Positions 10,297 to 22,428 of a DNA stretch of 64,000 bases are shown one piece after another. The notes under the pieces are model-generated. The model was not told where the DNA came from. It saw only the letters and a list, made by a program, of their open reading frames with translations, and made no database searches. The stretch spans positions 32,001 to 96,000 of the forward strand of contig CAWFGE010000008.1 in the NCBI GenBank assembly GCA_963815195.1, given 5' to 3'. The stretch's first letter is position 1; every line of letters begins with the position of its first letter. The position numbers were made by a program, and so were the translations under genes. Source of the DNA: an uncultured Planctomycetaceae bacterium. GTDB lineage: Bacteria > Planctomycetota > Planctomycetia > Planctomycetales > Planctomycetaceae.

Positions 10297-11768
10297 CGAA
10301 ATTGTCGATTCGCTGGCGGTTGACGCTCTGGTATGGAGCGACCTTGGCGTTGGCCTTGGGCGGTTTCTGCGTGTTGGTTTTGCTCTTGGCTCGGCATCAA
10401 TTGCTGGCCCATACGGATGCGGCTTTAAGGGAGGAGCTTCAGGAACTGGTCCTCGAAGTCCAAATGGCTCGCAACATGCCCGAACTGGAATCGGAACTGC
10501 AACGACGATTCTTTCAGCATGACATCTATGATTTCCGGGTGTTGGATGCCGCCGGGCGCGTGGTCTTCGCCAGTACGGGATTGAAGAATGTCTCGGAAAA
10601 AATGCCGCCCCAAAAATCCGCCTCCGCGTCTACTCTGCGTTACGAGACGCATCCCCTCGGACGCCAAGGGGATTACCGCATTGCCAGCACGCCGGCCCAA
10701 AGCCCGCTCGGACCGTTCACCGTTCAGGCGATGACGTCCTTGACCCCCTACTATGCCGAAATCCAAACCTTGGAGACGATCGTGCTGATCCTCTTGCCTT
10801 TGGTTCTCGTCGCGGCTTCCGCGGGAGGCTATCTCTTGGCGGGGCGGGCGTTGGCTCCGGTGAAGCAGATTGCGAACGTCGCCAACTCCATCACGATCGA
10901 CCGCCTGGACCGCCGCATCGAAATCGCCAATCCCGACGATGAGATCGGCCGCCTGGCGGCGACTTTGAATTCGCTGATCGCCCGTCTGCAACGCGCCGTC
11001 AATGAAATCCAGCGGTTCACCGCGGATGCCTCGCACGAACTGCGGACTCCGCTGGCCGCCTTGCTTTCGGAAGCCGAATCGGCGCTGCGTTCGCCGAGAT
11101 CCCACGAAGATTACAAACAGACCCTCGCCGTCGTCGTCGAGGAAGCCACCCGGCTGGGGCGGCTGGCAGACCAACTGTTGAACCTCAGCCGGCAGGATGC
11201 TGGAATCCTTCAGTACGCACAGGGCAGTGTCCGGCTGGATGCGTTGTTGTGGGATGTGGCCGACCAGTTGCGCCCATTGGCCGAAAAGCAGAATCTGCGG
11301 ATGGAATGCGGCGAAATGCAGTCCTGTGAACTGCAAGGGGACGACATCCGGCTCAGTCAGGCGTTTTTTAACGTGCTGGAAAATGCCGTGAAATACACCC
11401 CGGCGGGAGGACACATCGAGGTTCGCTGCCGGATTTCCCAAGGATCGGCCCAGATCGAAATCCAAGACGATGGCATCGGCATCCCGGCCGAGAAGCTGCC
11501 TCACGTTTTTGACCGGTTCTATCGCGTTGATCCCTCGCGTTCGGGAAAAGTGGGCGGCGCGGGATTGGGGCTGTCTATCGCCCGCGCGGCCATCATGGCT
11601 CACAGCGGCGACATCCAGGTTCAAAGTCAATCCGGAGCCGGAACGACGGTGACGATTCAGTTGCCGGGTGCCGAGCCCGCTTGCGATGACTTCGATTCGG
11701 GACCCTCACTCGCTGCGGTTGGTCTCGACCACCGGAAGACCATAAAGGGAAAGGGCAACGGCGTTTAG
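10293..11768 (+). CDS. Sensor histidine kinase (heavy-metal sensor CusS/CzcS-like)
   Basis: Two TM helices, HAMP, ADASHELRTPL H-box, NVLENAVKYT, DDGIGI, FDRFYR, GLGLSI; start overlaps regulator stop. Confidence 0.93.
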   Translation: MTKLSIRWRLTLWYGATLALALGGFCVLVLLLARHQLLAHTDAALREELQELVLEVQMARNMPELESELQRRFFQHDIYDFRVLDAAGRVVFASTGLKNVSEKMPPQKSASASTLRYETHPLGRQGDYRIASTPAQSPLGPFTVQAMTSLTPYYAEIQTLETIVLILLPLVLVAASAGGYLLAGRALAPVKQIANVANSITIDRLDRRIEIANPDDEIGRLAATLNSLIARLQRAVNEIQRFTADASHELRTPLAALLSEAESALRSPRSHEDYKQTLAVVVEEATRLGRLADQLLNLSRQDAGILQYAQGSVRLDALLWDVADQLRPLAEKQNLRMECGEMQSCELQGDDIRLSQAFFNVLENAVKYTPAGGHIEVRCRISQGSAQIEIQDDGIGIPAEKLPHVFDRFYRVDPSRSGKVGGAGLGLSIARAAIMAHSGDIQVQSQSGAGTTVTIQLPGAEPACDDFDSGPSLAAVGLDHRKTIKGKGNGV

Positions 11769-11984
11769 GCCCTTAACTCAAATGTTCACACCGCAATCCT
11801 GCCTCCATCGCTTGGTGAATTCGGGTTTATGTTGGTGGTGCGGTTATTGTGGGATGCGACGATTATCCGAACAATGAGATAGGAATCGTTGTGGACCGCT
11901 CCAAACGACGGACTGAGCCATCAAGGTTTGTGAAATATACGCAAAATGCCAAATAGAGTTTTTGACAATTTCGAGTTGGTTCGC

Positions 11985-12584
11985 TCAAGGCCGTGGTTCA
12001 GGCGTTTGGGGGAGCTGTGTTTCGGGCGTTTTGGTGAAGTCAATGACCAGATCGGCACCCGGTTCAAAGACGACCGTCCGCATCGCGTGAACGGGAATAC
12101 CGTTCACCATCCACGACGCTTGGAATCGGTAGCGATAGGTTCCCCGTTCCAATGTAGGCGTCGCAAATACCCGATTTTGCCCTTTCTGTTTCGTGATTTG
12201 GTCGTTGACCCGAAGTTGGGCGTCCGCTGTGGGAAGCTTTACCTTGATGGATGCTTCGGGCACCTGCCCGCGAGATCGTTTTGGGAAAGCCTGGCTTCGG
12301 CTTTGCAAACGAAGTTGCTGCAGCCGGGTTTGGGTGCTCGGATTCAGAATGTCACGGTTCAGAGCGTTCGAAGGCAAGGCGGGCGCAGTGGGGCGGAACG
12401 ACTGGCTTGGATTCGAGAACGGGGCACTCCGCAGTCCGCTGGGACTAAATGGGGTCGAAGCCCCGGCTCCTGCCGGCGTGTTGTACGTCCCCCCCTGCTG
12501 GTGGCCGGGCGGCGTCTGGCCCCGCGTAGGAACGACCGTCATCGTTGTGACTATCCAGCAAACCGCGATTGGGAATTGTTTCAT
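11985..12584 (-). CDS. Secreted TIGR03000 (planctomycete) domain protein
   Basis: Signal-like N-terminus from ATG 12584; C-terminal IKVKLPTADAQLRVND...RVFATPTL...YRYRFQASW...VIDF. Confidence 0.75.
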   Translation of the reverse strand: MKQFPIAVCWIVTTMTVVPTRGQTPPGHQQGGTYNTPAGAGASTPFSPSGLRSAPFSNPSQSFRPTAPALPSNALNRDILNPSTQTRLQQLRLQSRSQAFPKRSRGQVPEASIKVKLPTADAQLRVNDQITKQKGQNRVFATPTLERGTYRYRFQASWMVNGIPVHAMRTVVFEPGADLVIDFTKTPETQLPQTPEPRP

Positions 12585-12787
12585 CGCTGGCAGTCCGTCC
12601 TTATTGGGGGCGCCGCTATCTCTGCCGGACGAAACCGGCAACTCATAGGATTTATTATACGAGCGCGGGAAACTCCGCGTAAAGATCAACATTCGCCTTC
12701 CCGTTTGCAAGGAGCGTGGCCGGCGAAACAATCCTATCGGTCGGCATTTTCGCCAAGCGGTCGAACTCATCTCGACAGGGGAGTCTT

Positions 12788-14482
12788 ATGATGAATGAAC
12801 GAATACAAGGACGTGCTAGCTTTTCCGCTCGGAATAGGTCAGCGGGCCGCTTCGTTTGGGGGTTCGGGCTGAGTGCGGTGCTGCTCCTGACAGGCTGCGA
12901 CCACGCGGACGTGCGGCGAGAGATGCCGCGCATTGCCTCGCTGCCCATTGTGCCGAAAACCGCAGCCGCGTCGCGAACCACCGGCGGAGCTCCTGCCATA
13001 GTCCAGCCGGCGAGCCAGGAATCCCAGGCGGAAAGCGGGATGTCCCGTCTCCGAGCCTGTCGCAGGGTCACGGTGCCAATTCGGTCCGCATCGGCCGCAC
13101 CGCGCGACGTCATCACGGCGTCTACGGAGGATTCGCCGCCCGCCGGTTCGGCTCAGGAACCGGAGGTGCTTCCCCCGCCCGAACGGTTGTCGGCCCCTGA
13201 GTTGCCCTCGCCAAACGAGCCGGCGGCGGGTGCGCTGGATCTGACGTTGCCCTCGGCCCTGGCCCAGGGGTTGGCGGAGAATCCGGATTTGGTGACCCTC
13301 CGCGGACAGTTGCCGGTGAACGAAGCGATGGTGGGCGTCGCGGAAACCCCGATCTGGAATCCGTTTGTTCAAGCCCAGTTGTTGCCGCGCGGAAAGCCGT
13401 TTGACTCAGGAACGGGGCCCGGCACTGGCGTTGGCAAAACCAACTATTATGTGTGGGCGATGCAGCGATTCGAGATCGCCCATCAGCGCCGTTATCGCAC
13501 GGAAAGTGCTCTGGCGGCCTTGAATCAGGTTCAGTGGAACATTATGCAGGCCGAGTTGCTTTACGTCGCCCAGACGGCGCGGCTGTATTTCACCGCGCTG
13601 TACCAGAAGGAACTTTATGATCTGGCAATGACGGGCGCGGAACTGAGCGAGCATCTTCTGGAGGTGCAGCGGCGACGTTTTGAAGCGAACCTCGCCTTGG
13701 CCCGCGATGTGACAACGGCCGAAATCGCTGCTCGGCAGGCCCGCCGACAGGCCGAGGTGGCGAAAATCGCCTACGATGCGGCGCTCATACCGCTACGGCA
13801 GCAATTGAATCTTCCGACCTCGACGCCTTTGGTTCTCACGGAGCGACTGGCCGACCTCCGCTGGCTTCCTCTTTACGCCTCGGGGGATCCCCAAGACGAA
13901 ACCGCGCTCGCCGCCGAACTCGCAGAAGGCCGCCCGGATGTGATGGCCGCCCAAGTCGGCATTCGCGTGGCCCAGGCCAATTGGAGTCTGGCCCGCGCTG
14001 CGATGATTCCCGACATCCAGGCCGGACCGATCATTGACACCAGCGACGCCGGCACCAAATTCCTGGGGCTGCGGTTGCAAATGGACATCCCCGTTTGGAA
14101 CACGGGGGCCCCGCTGGCCCATCAGCGGCACATGGAAACCTGTCAGCAGGCACTGACCTACGAGCAATTGAAGATCAAGGCGGGCCTCGAAGCCCAGACC
14201 GCCATCCAGCAATTCGAACTCGTGCGGGAAATGGCCGCGAAATTCGAACCCGTCCGGGTCGATGCCGAAGCGCCGGAACTCACGGAAATCCTGCGTCTGT
14301 TCGAGGCGGGGCAGGCCGACATCCTGGCGGTGCTCGCCACGCAGAACGACTTGCTGCAGGAGCAGCGGACGAATCTGGACGTGCTCAATCAACTGGCCCA
14401 ATCCGCCGCGGGCGTCATTCAGGCCACTGCCTTGCCCGTGGAACGCGTTGTCGCCCGGCGCGACGAACTTAGCCGCCCTTAA
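12788..14482 (+). CDS. TolC-family outer membrane efflux lipoprotein
   Basis: Lipobox-like LLTGC; ALAENPDL, GRPDVMAAQ, DIPVWN, FEAGQADILAVL repeats; first gene of an RND operon. Confidence 0.85.
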   Translation: MMNERIQGRASFSARNRSAGRFVWGFGLSAVLLLTGCDHADVRREMPRIASLPIVPKTAAASRTTGGAPAIVQPASQESQAESGMSRLRACRRVTVPIRSASAAPRDVITASTEDSPPAGSAQEPEVLPPPERLSAPELPSPNEPAAGALDLTLPSALAQGLAENPDLVTLRGQLPVNEAMVGVAETPIWNPFVQAQLLPRGKPFDSGTGPGTGVGKTNYYVWAMQRFEIAHQRRYRTESALAALNQVQWNIMQAELLYVAQTARLYFTALYQKELYDLAMTGAELSEHLLEVQRRRFEANLALARDVTTAEIAARQARRQAEVAKIAYDAALIPLRQQLNLPTSTPLVLTERLADLRWLPLYASGDPQDETALAAELAEGRPDVMAAQVGIRVAQANWSLARAAMIPDIQAGPIIDTSDAGTKFLGLRLQMDIPVWNTGAPLAHQRHMETCQQALTYEQLKIKAGLEAQTAIQQFELVREMAAKFEPVRVDAEAPELTEILRLFEAGQADILAVLATQNDLLQEQRTNLDVLNQLAQSAAGVIQATALPVERVVARRDELSRP

Positions 14483-14497
14483 AGAACGAACGAAAGC

Positions 14498-17400
14498 ATG
14501 TTGAAATTGGAACCCGACCCCAAAAATCCCTCGGATAAGGCCGGCCTCGTGCTGCGGTTCGGCAAGGCGATCCTGTTTATTGTGATCGCGCTGTGCTTCG
14601 CCGGAGTTTATGCCGGCGTGACGATGCCCTCGTCCGTCTTTCCGCAAACCGATTTTCCCCGCGTCGTGATTCTGATCGACAACGGCGTCATGCCCGGCGA
14701 CGAGATGATGGCCACCATCACCCGGCCCGTCGAAGAGGCGATGAAGAACATTCCCGGCACGACGAACATCCGTTCCACGACCGGGCGCGGCTCCGCGGCG
14801 GTCAACGTGTTTTTCGATTGGAAGACCGACATGACCGAAGCCGAGCAATACGTGCTCGGGCGGTTGTCGCAGATCCGCAACACCCTGCCCGCCACAGCCG
14901 ACATTCAGGTGCACCGGCTGACGTTTTCCGCCTTTCCGATTCTGGGCATCAGCCTGACCAGCGAAACCCGCCCCCGCACCGACCTTTGGGAACTGGCCCG
15001 CTACGACATCTACCCGCGGTTCCTGAGAATCAACGGAGTCGCCCGGATCAATCTGGTCGGCGGCCGCGTCCCGGAATTTCATGTCATCGTCAATCCGGCC
15101 AAGCTGGATGCCCACCATCTGACGCTCGGCCAGGTTACAAAGGCCTTGGCCGAAACCAATCACTTCACTCCGGCGGGGATGCACGAGGAGAATTACCAGC
15201 TCTACCTGTCCGTCGTGGACAACCGCCTGCACGATCCGAAGGAAATCGAAGACGTTGTCATCAGTTGGGTGAACCAGTCCCCGATTCGCGTCCGCGATGT
15301 CGGCGTGGTCCGCCGCGGCGAAGCGCCCCAGTTCAACCGTGTCTCGGCGGATGGCAAAGATGCCGTGCTTTTAAACATCTATGGTCAGCCCGACTGCAAC
15401 ACCGTTCAAATCGCCGATGATCTGGAGGGAGAACTCCAACGTCTGAAACGCGAATTGCCGCCGGACATGAAGTTGGCGTTCTTTTACGATCAATCGCAAT
15501 TTGTCCGGGAAGGTGTGGCGAGCGTTTGGGAAGCGATCATTCTGGGATTGATCCTCTCGGTCGTCGTGCTGTTTCTGTTTCTAAGGAGCCTGTCCTCCAC
15601 GATCGTTGCAGCTCTCGTGATTCCGGTGACGATCATTCTGACCTTGATCGGCTTAAAGCTCTTGGGTATGAGCTTCAACCTGATGACGCTGGGGGGCATT
15701 GCCGCCGTGGTCGGAATCGTGATCGACGATGCCATCGTCGTCGTGGAAGCGATCTATGCCAAGGTGCTCGCCGGCGAATCGTCGGGGTCCGCCGTCCGGC
15801 TGGCGATGCGGGAGGTGGGGCCGGCTTTGGTCGGCAGCACGATGACGCCGGTGGTCGTGTTTATCCCTTTGGCGTTTCTCGACGGAGTCGCCGGCGTTTT
15901 CTTCCGGTCTCTGGCCGTGACGATGGTGATTGCCCTGTTGATTTCGCTGTTGCTCGCGGTGACATGGACTCCGGTGACCGCCGGACTTTTGATCCGCCGC
16001 CGCGAAGGCGTGGCCCAAAACGAACTGGAGCAAGGCGGTCCGATCTTGAGGCGTTTGATTAACGGATACGCCTCGGTGATGCGGGGCATGCTGCGGCTAC
16101 CGGCCGTCGCCACACTGGGCATGGCGCTGATCGCCGCGGGCGGGTTCTGGCTGTATGGGCAGTTGGAGTCGGACTTTCTTCCGGCCCAGGATGAAGGGGC
16201 ATTCGTCATCGACTACTATTCGCGGCCCGGCACGAGTTTGACGGAAACGGACCGCATGCTGCAGCATGTCGAGCAAATCCTTAACGGAACACCGGAAGTG
16301 GAAAGCTTCTCACGCCGGACCGGGGCGCGGTTGGCGTTGGCCATTGCCGAACCCAACACGGGCGATTTTCTGGTCAAACTCAAGCACGATCGTTCTCGAA
16401 ACACCGAAGCGGTCATTGAGGAACTGCGGGCCAAGTGTAATGCGGCGGAACCTGCTTTGAGTTTTGAATTTCCCGGCGTGCTGGGCGACTTGATCGGCGA
16501 TTTGACGTGGTCGCCTAATCCGGTGGAGATCAAAATCTTCTCCACCGACACGGCCTTGCTCAAAGAGAAAGCCACAGAGATCGCCGGCACCATTGAGGGC
16601 ATTCCCGGCGTGGTGGACGTGGAAGACGGGCTGGTTGTGGCCGGGCCTTCGATGCGGCTCAAGACCGATCTGGCCGTCGCCGCCCGAAGCGGCATGACCC
16701 CGCAGACCCTGGGAACGGAAATTCAAAGCACGATGCTGGGAACGGTGTCCTCGTATGTGCTTCAGGGGGACCGCACTTACAATGTCCGCGTGCTCTCGGC
16801 CCCGGAATCCCATCAGCGGGAGCGTTCCCTCGCCACGCTGCCGATCCATTCGGCAATGGGCGCGAAGCTAACCGTCCGTGACGTGGCCCGCCTGGAGCAC
16901 GAACCGGGCCTCCTGGAAATGCACCGCGAAGACTTGCGGCAGTTGGTGGCAGTGTCCGCGAGATTCGAGGGGATCGACATGGGCCACGGCATGCAGACGA
17001 TCAAGGACAAACTTTCCCAATCCGTCACGCTTCCCCCGGAAGCCTCGATCGAGTTCGGCGGTCTTTACCAACAACAGCAGGAATCGTTTCGGAATTTGAC
17101 GTTCGTCCTGATCGCGGCCCTGGTTCTGGTGTACGCCGTCTTGATGCTGGAGTTTCGCACGTTTCTCGCCCCCTTGGCGATTTGGATGGGGGCACTATTG
17201 GCCTTGGTGGGCGTCGTGGCCGCGCTGTGGCTGACCGGAACCACTCTGAACATCGTCTCGATCCTGGGAGCGATTATCGCGATGGGGATCGTGCACAAAA
17301 ACGGCATCTTGATGTTCGACTATGTGGAGCATCTGCGCAGCGAAGGCCTGCCGCTGAAAGAGGCGATGATCCAGTCGGGCCAGCGCCGGCTTCGCCCGGT

Positions 17401-17638
17401 GCTCATGACCTCGCTGACGACGTTTTTGGGACTATTACCGCTGGCCTACGGAATTGGTGCGGGGGCCGACATGCTCCGGCCGATGGCCATTGCTGTTATC
17501 GGTTCGCTGTGCATGTCGCTGCTGTTGTCCCTGGTGGCGACCCCGGTGTTTTATTACCTCCTCGTGCGGTTGCTGGGGCCCGATGCTTCCGGCAGCAGCC
17601 CAAAGCTCCTCTCAACCAGCCCGGAGCAAACAACATGA
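14498..17638 (+). CDS. RND efflux permease (CusA/AcrB family)
   Basis: 1046 aa; GIVIDDAIVVVE, KNGILM, RLRPVLMT motifs. Confidence 0.95.
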   Translation: MLKLEPDPKNPSDKAGLVLRFGKAILFIVIALCFAGVYAGVTMPSSVFPQTDFPRVVILIDNGVMPGDEMMATITRPVEEAMKNIPGTTNIRSTTGRGSAAVNVFFDWKTDMTEAEQYVLGRLSQIRNTLPATADIQVHRLTFSAFPILGISLTSETRPRTDLWELARYDIYPRFLRINGVARINLVGGRVPEFHVIVNPAKLDAHHLTLGQVTKALAETNHFTPAGMHEENYQLYLSVVDNRLHDPKEIEDVVISWVNQSPIRVRDVGVVRRGEAPQFNRVSADGKDAVLLNIYGQPDCNTVQIADDLEGELQRLKRELPPDMKLAFFYDQSQFVREGVASVWEAIILGLILSVVVLFLFLRSLSSTIVAALVIPVTIILTLIGLKLLGMSFNLMTLGGIAAVVGIVIDDAIVVVEAIYAKVLAGESSGSAVRLAMREVGPALVGSTMTPVVVFIPLAFLDGVAGVFFRSLAVTMVIALLISLLLAVTWTPVTAGLLIRRREGVAQNELEQGGPILRRLINGYASVMRGMLRLPAVATLGMALIAAGGFWLYGQLESDFLPAQDEGAFVIDYYSRPGTSLTETDRMLQHVEQILNGTPEVESFSRRTGARLALAIAEPNTGDFLVKLKHDRSRNTEAVIEELRAKCNAAEPALSFEFPGVLGDLIGDLTWSPNPVEIKIFSTDTALLKEKATEIAGTIEGIPGVVDVEDGLVVAGPSMRLKTDLAVAARSGMTPQTLGTEIQSTMLGTVSSYVLQGDRTYNVRVLSAPESHQRERSLATLPIHSAMGAKLTVRDVARLEHEPGLLEMHREDLRQLVAVSARFEGIDMGHGMQTIKDKLSQSVTLPPEASIEFGGLYQQQQESFRNLTFVLIAALVLVYAVLMLEFRTFLAPLAIWMGALLALVGVVAALWLTGTTLNIVSILGAIIAMGIVHKNGILMFDYVEHLRSEGLPLKEAMIQSGQRRLRPVLMTSLTTFLGLLPLAYGIGAGADMLRPMAIAVIGSLCMSLLLSLVATPVFYYLLVRLLGPDASGSSPKLLSTSPEQTT

Positions 17639-18945
17639 AGCCGAACGTTCTATCGAGGATTGCTGTCATCGTCGTGATTTTGGCCTTTATAAGCGGCGGC
17701 GCTTACTGGCTTTTTGCCGGTTCCTCGCAGCCAACGGGCGGCGCGGAACCGGATGCCGCCGCGGAGTCGGCCGCTTCCGTTCCCGTGCAGGCGGCCCGCG
17801 TGGAACGCACGACCCTCCGGCCGACACTCGATCTCGTGGGAACGGTCGCGGCGATTCCCGAGCGGACGGCGATGGTCTCGCCGCAACTGGGAGGCTGGGT
17901 GGAGAAGCTCGACGCGCGGGAAGGGCAGTCGGTCAAAGCGGGAGAGCCGCTCGTGCACCTTGACGCCCGAACGGCGCACACGGACGTTCAACGTGCCCGG
18001 GCCGTCGTCGCCGAAAAGGAAGCGGCGCTCAAGCGTCTCAAACGAGGCTACCTGCCCAACGAAATCAAAGGCGCCCGGGATGATCGCGAGAAAGCCCAGG
18101 CCAGTGTGGACGGCTTGAAAAATGAACTCAAAGCCCTCGATGATTTGCTGAGACGCCGGGAGATCTCGCCGGTGACCTATGAAACGAAAGCCAAAGCCCT
18201 CAACGCCGCGGAAGCCGCCCTCGCCTCTGCCGATTCCCGTTTGAAACTCCTCGAAGAAGGCACGCCCGTCGAGCAGATCGATCAGGCGCAGGCCCTGCTC
18301 GATGCCGCCAAAGCGGATCTCGAGCACGCGGAATTGACGCTCCAGTGGTGTACGATTCCCAGCCCCATCGACGGCGTGGTTGTGCAATTATTGGCGCACC
18401 AGGGGCAGTATTTCGGCCAGGCCGTTTCGTTGGCGACCGTCATGGATCTGTCCCACGTCTTCGTGCAGCTTCGCCTTCCCAGCCGGGATTTCGGAAAAAT
18501 CCGCCTGGGGACGAAGATCGATGTGCACCTCGCGGCGATCCCCGGAGAGACATTTCACGGAACCATCGCCCGCATCAGCGGGGAAGCCGACCCCTTGACG
18601 GGCAACGTCACCGTGTTTGCCCTGGTCGAAAACCAGGCCGGCAAACTGCGTCCCGGTTTGGGGTGTGAGGCCCGGATCTGGTTGCCGGAAATCCCTGAGG
18701 CCCTCACCGTGCCGGTGGCGGCCGTCGGCGACCACTCCGGCACGCCGGTCGTGACCGTGATCCGAGACGGCAAGGCTCACGAAGCGGAAGTGGAAACCGG
18801 AGCCGAAACCGGCGACCGCGTGCAAATCCTGAAAGGCGTGTCGGCAGGCGACCTGGTGGCGACGGCCGGAGGATACGGGCTTCCCGACGAATGCCCGGTG
18901 CATGTCGTCGAAGATCTCGCCGCCGCAAACGCGGCCGGCAAATGA
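17635..18945 (+). CDS. RND periplasmic adaptor (membrane fusion protein)
   Basis: N-terminal TM, lipoyl-like EGQSVKAGEPL, helical hairpin, IPSPIDGVV, LRPG. Confidence 0.93.
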   Translation: MKPNVLSRIAVIVVILAFISGGAYWLFAGSSQPTGGAEPDAAAESAASVPVQAARVERTTLRPTLDLVGTVAAIPERTAMVSPQLGGWVEKLDAREGQSVKAGEPLVHLDARTAHTDVQRARAVVAEKEAALKRLKRGYLPNEIKGARDDREKAQASVDGLKNELKALDDLLRRREISPVTYETKAKALNAAEAALASADSRLKLLEEGTPVEQIDQAQALLDAAKADLEHAELTLQWCTIPSPIDGVVVQLLAHQGQYFGQAVSLATVMDLSHVFVQLRLPSRDFGKIRLGTKIDVHLAAIPGETFHGTIARISGEADPLTGNVTVFALVENQAGKLRPGLGCEARIWLPEIPEALTVPVAAVGDHSGTPVVTVIRDGKAHEAEVETGAETGDRVQILKGVSAGDLVATAGGYGLPDECPVHVVEDLAAANAAGK

Positions 18946-20159
18946 GAAACAGCGGCCGGCCGGAACCAGCCCCAGCCTCCGGCGAGGAACACAACGGGGC
19001 ATCGCGCCGGGCGGCGCTGGCCTTTGTCGTGCTGATGGGCCTCGTCAGCCTGTTTGCCGATATGACCTACGAAGGGGCGCGGAGCATTGCCGGTCCGTTC
19101 CTCGCCATCCTGGGAGCCGGGGGCACGGCGGTGGGACTCGTGGCGGGCACGGGAGAATTGGTGGGATACGGCTTGCGGCTCGCTTCAGGTTACCTGGCAG
19201 ACCGGACGGGCCGGCCTTGGATGATCACGATCGTTGGTTATGCGATCAATCTGGCGGCGGTGCCGCTCTTGGCATTGGCGGGCCGCTGGGAAATCGCGGC
19301 CGGGCTGATGATTGCCGAACGGATGGGGAAGGCGATTCGCACCCCCGCGCGCGACGCCATGCTCTCACACGCGACGCATCAAATCGGCCGGGGCTGGGGG
19401 TTCGGACTCCACGAGGCGATGGACCAGATCGGCGCAGTTCTCGGCCCCTTGGGCATGGCCGCGGTGATTTATTTCCAAAAGGGATATTCGTTCGGTTTCG
19501 CGATTCTGGCCATCCCCGCGGGCTTGGCGTTGTCCACTTTGCTCGTGGCCCGGATTCGCTATCCGCGGCCCAGCGAATTGGAGCCGGCCTCGGCTCCCCT
19601 CACGGGAGCCAAGTTTTCCGAAGGCTTCTGGTGGTACTTGGCGGCCGTCAGTTTCGTCGCCGCAGGCTTTGTCGATTTCCCGCTGATCGCCTATCACCTG
19701 AAGCGAACGGCAGTGACCTCCGACGCGGCGATTCCCCTCTTGTACGCGTTCGCGATGGGCGTGGATGCGGTCGCGGCTTTGGGACTCGGGATTTTGTTTG
19801 ATCGGCGGGGTCTTCGAGTGCTCGTGGGGGTTTCCCTCCTCTCTTCCGTGTTTGCCCCGCTGGTGTTTTTGACGGGCTTCGAGGGCGTGCTCGTCGGGGT
19901 TGCCATCTGGGGCGTGGGAATGGGAGCCCAAGAATCGATTGCCCGCGCGGCCATCGCCGGCATGGTGCCCAAAGACCGCCGCGGCTCGGCCTATGGCCTG
20001 TTCAACTTGTGTTATGGAATCTCCTGGTTTGCGGGGAGCGCGCTGATGGGCGTCCTGTACGATACGGCCCTGACAGGTCTGGTCGCCTTTTCCGTCGCCG
20101 CGCAGCTTGCCGCCGTCCCCTTTTTGCTGAGGGCCATGCGGGGCGAGATCGGCGATTGA
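18942..20159 (+). CDS. MFS transporter
   Basis: About 12 TM; SGYLADRTGR motif A; GKAIRTPARDA. Confidence 0.92.
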   Translation: MRNSGRPEPAPASGEEHNGASRRAALAFVVLMGLVSLFADMTYEGARSIAGPFLAILGAGGTAVGLVAGTGELVGYGLRLASGYLADRTGRPWMITIVGYAINLAAVPLLALAGRWEIAAGLMIAERMGKAIRTPARDAMLSHATHQIGRGWGFGLHEAMDQIGAVLGPLGMAAVIYFQKGYSFGFAILAIPAGLALSTLLVARIRYPRPSELEPASAPLTGAKFSEGFWWYLAAVSFVAAGFVDFPLIAYHLKRTAVTSDAAIPLLYAFAMGVDAVAALGLGILFDRRGLRVLVGVSLLSSVFAPLVFLTGFEGVLVGVAIWGVGMGAQESIARAAIAGMVPKDRRGSAYGLFNLCYGISWFAGSALMGVLYDTALTGLVAFSVAAQLAAVPFLLRAMRGEIGD

Positions 20160-20318
20160 CTCTCGCCTGCAACAACTGCAAAAATTGTTTTTGGACGATA
20201 ACGTGCTGGAAGGGAAAGATGCCATTCAAGATGACACGGACCAACGCAGGCGACTTGTCCCCGGCCAACATGCGGGGCCTGTGAACGGCGATACTCCCGA
20301 GTCGGAGTCGATTCACTC

Positions 20319-20695
20319 ATGTTGACCAAACTCCTGTGGATTTTTCTGGCCGGCCGACTGGGAACCTTGCGCGGTATGGCGTATCGGGACTGGTCCAGCG
20401 TCTTTCGGAAAGCGAACTCCCCTACGGCACCTTTTCGGTCAACGCGCTCGGCTGCCTGTTGTTCGGGCTGGTGTGGGGATTGGCGGACGAGCGGCTGATC
20501 ATCAGCGGCGAAACACGGTTCATCATGCTCACGGGATTCATGGGCGCCTTCACGACCTTTTCCACGTTCGCCTTTGAAACGGGCGGCATGTTGAGAGATT
20601 CTGAATGGTGGTACGCCGCCGGCAATGTGTTGGCACACAATGGCATTGGGATTGCCGCGGCATTGCTCGGCATGGCCGTGGCGAAACTGTTTTAA
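20319..20695 (+). CDS. crcB: Fluoride efflux channel CrcB/FluC (apparent 1-nt frameshift near 20370)
   Basis: MLTKLLWIFLAG..GTL then ARYG...PYGTFSVNALGC...TGFMGAFTTFSTF; restoring one G at TTG(G)CG joins the frames. Confidence 0.92.
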
Positions 20696-20712
20696 CGGGA
20701 TGGGAAGCTGCA

Positions 20713-22421
<1,709 letters not shown>

Positions 22422-22428
22422 GGCAGTG

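Noticed and set aside
13793..15232. Long antisense ORFs (also 10425-11630, 37402-38646, 42727-44019, 61828-63033)
   Set aside because: Shadows of well-supported genes on the opposite strand in GC-rich DNA; no recognisable motifs.
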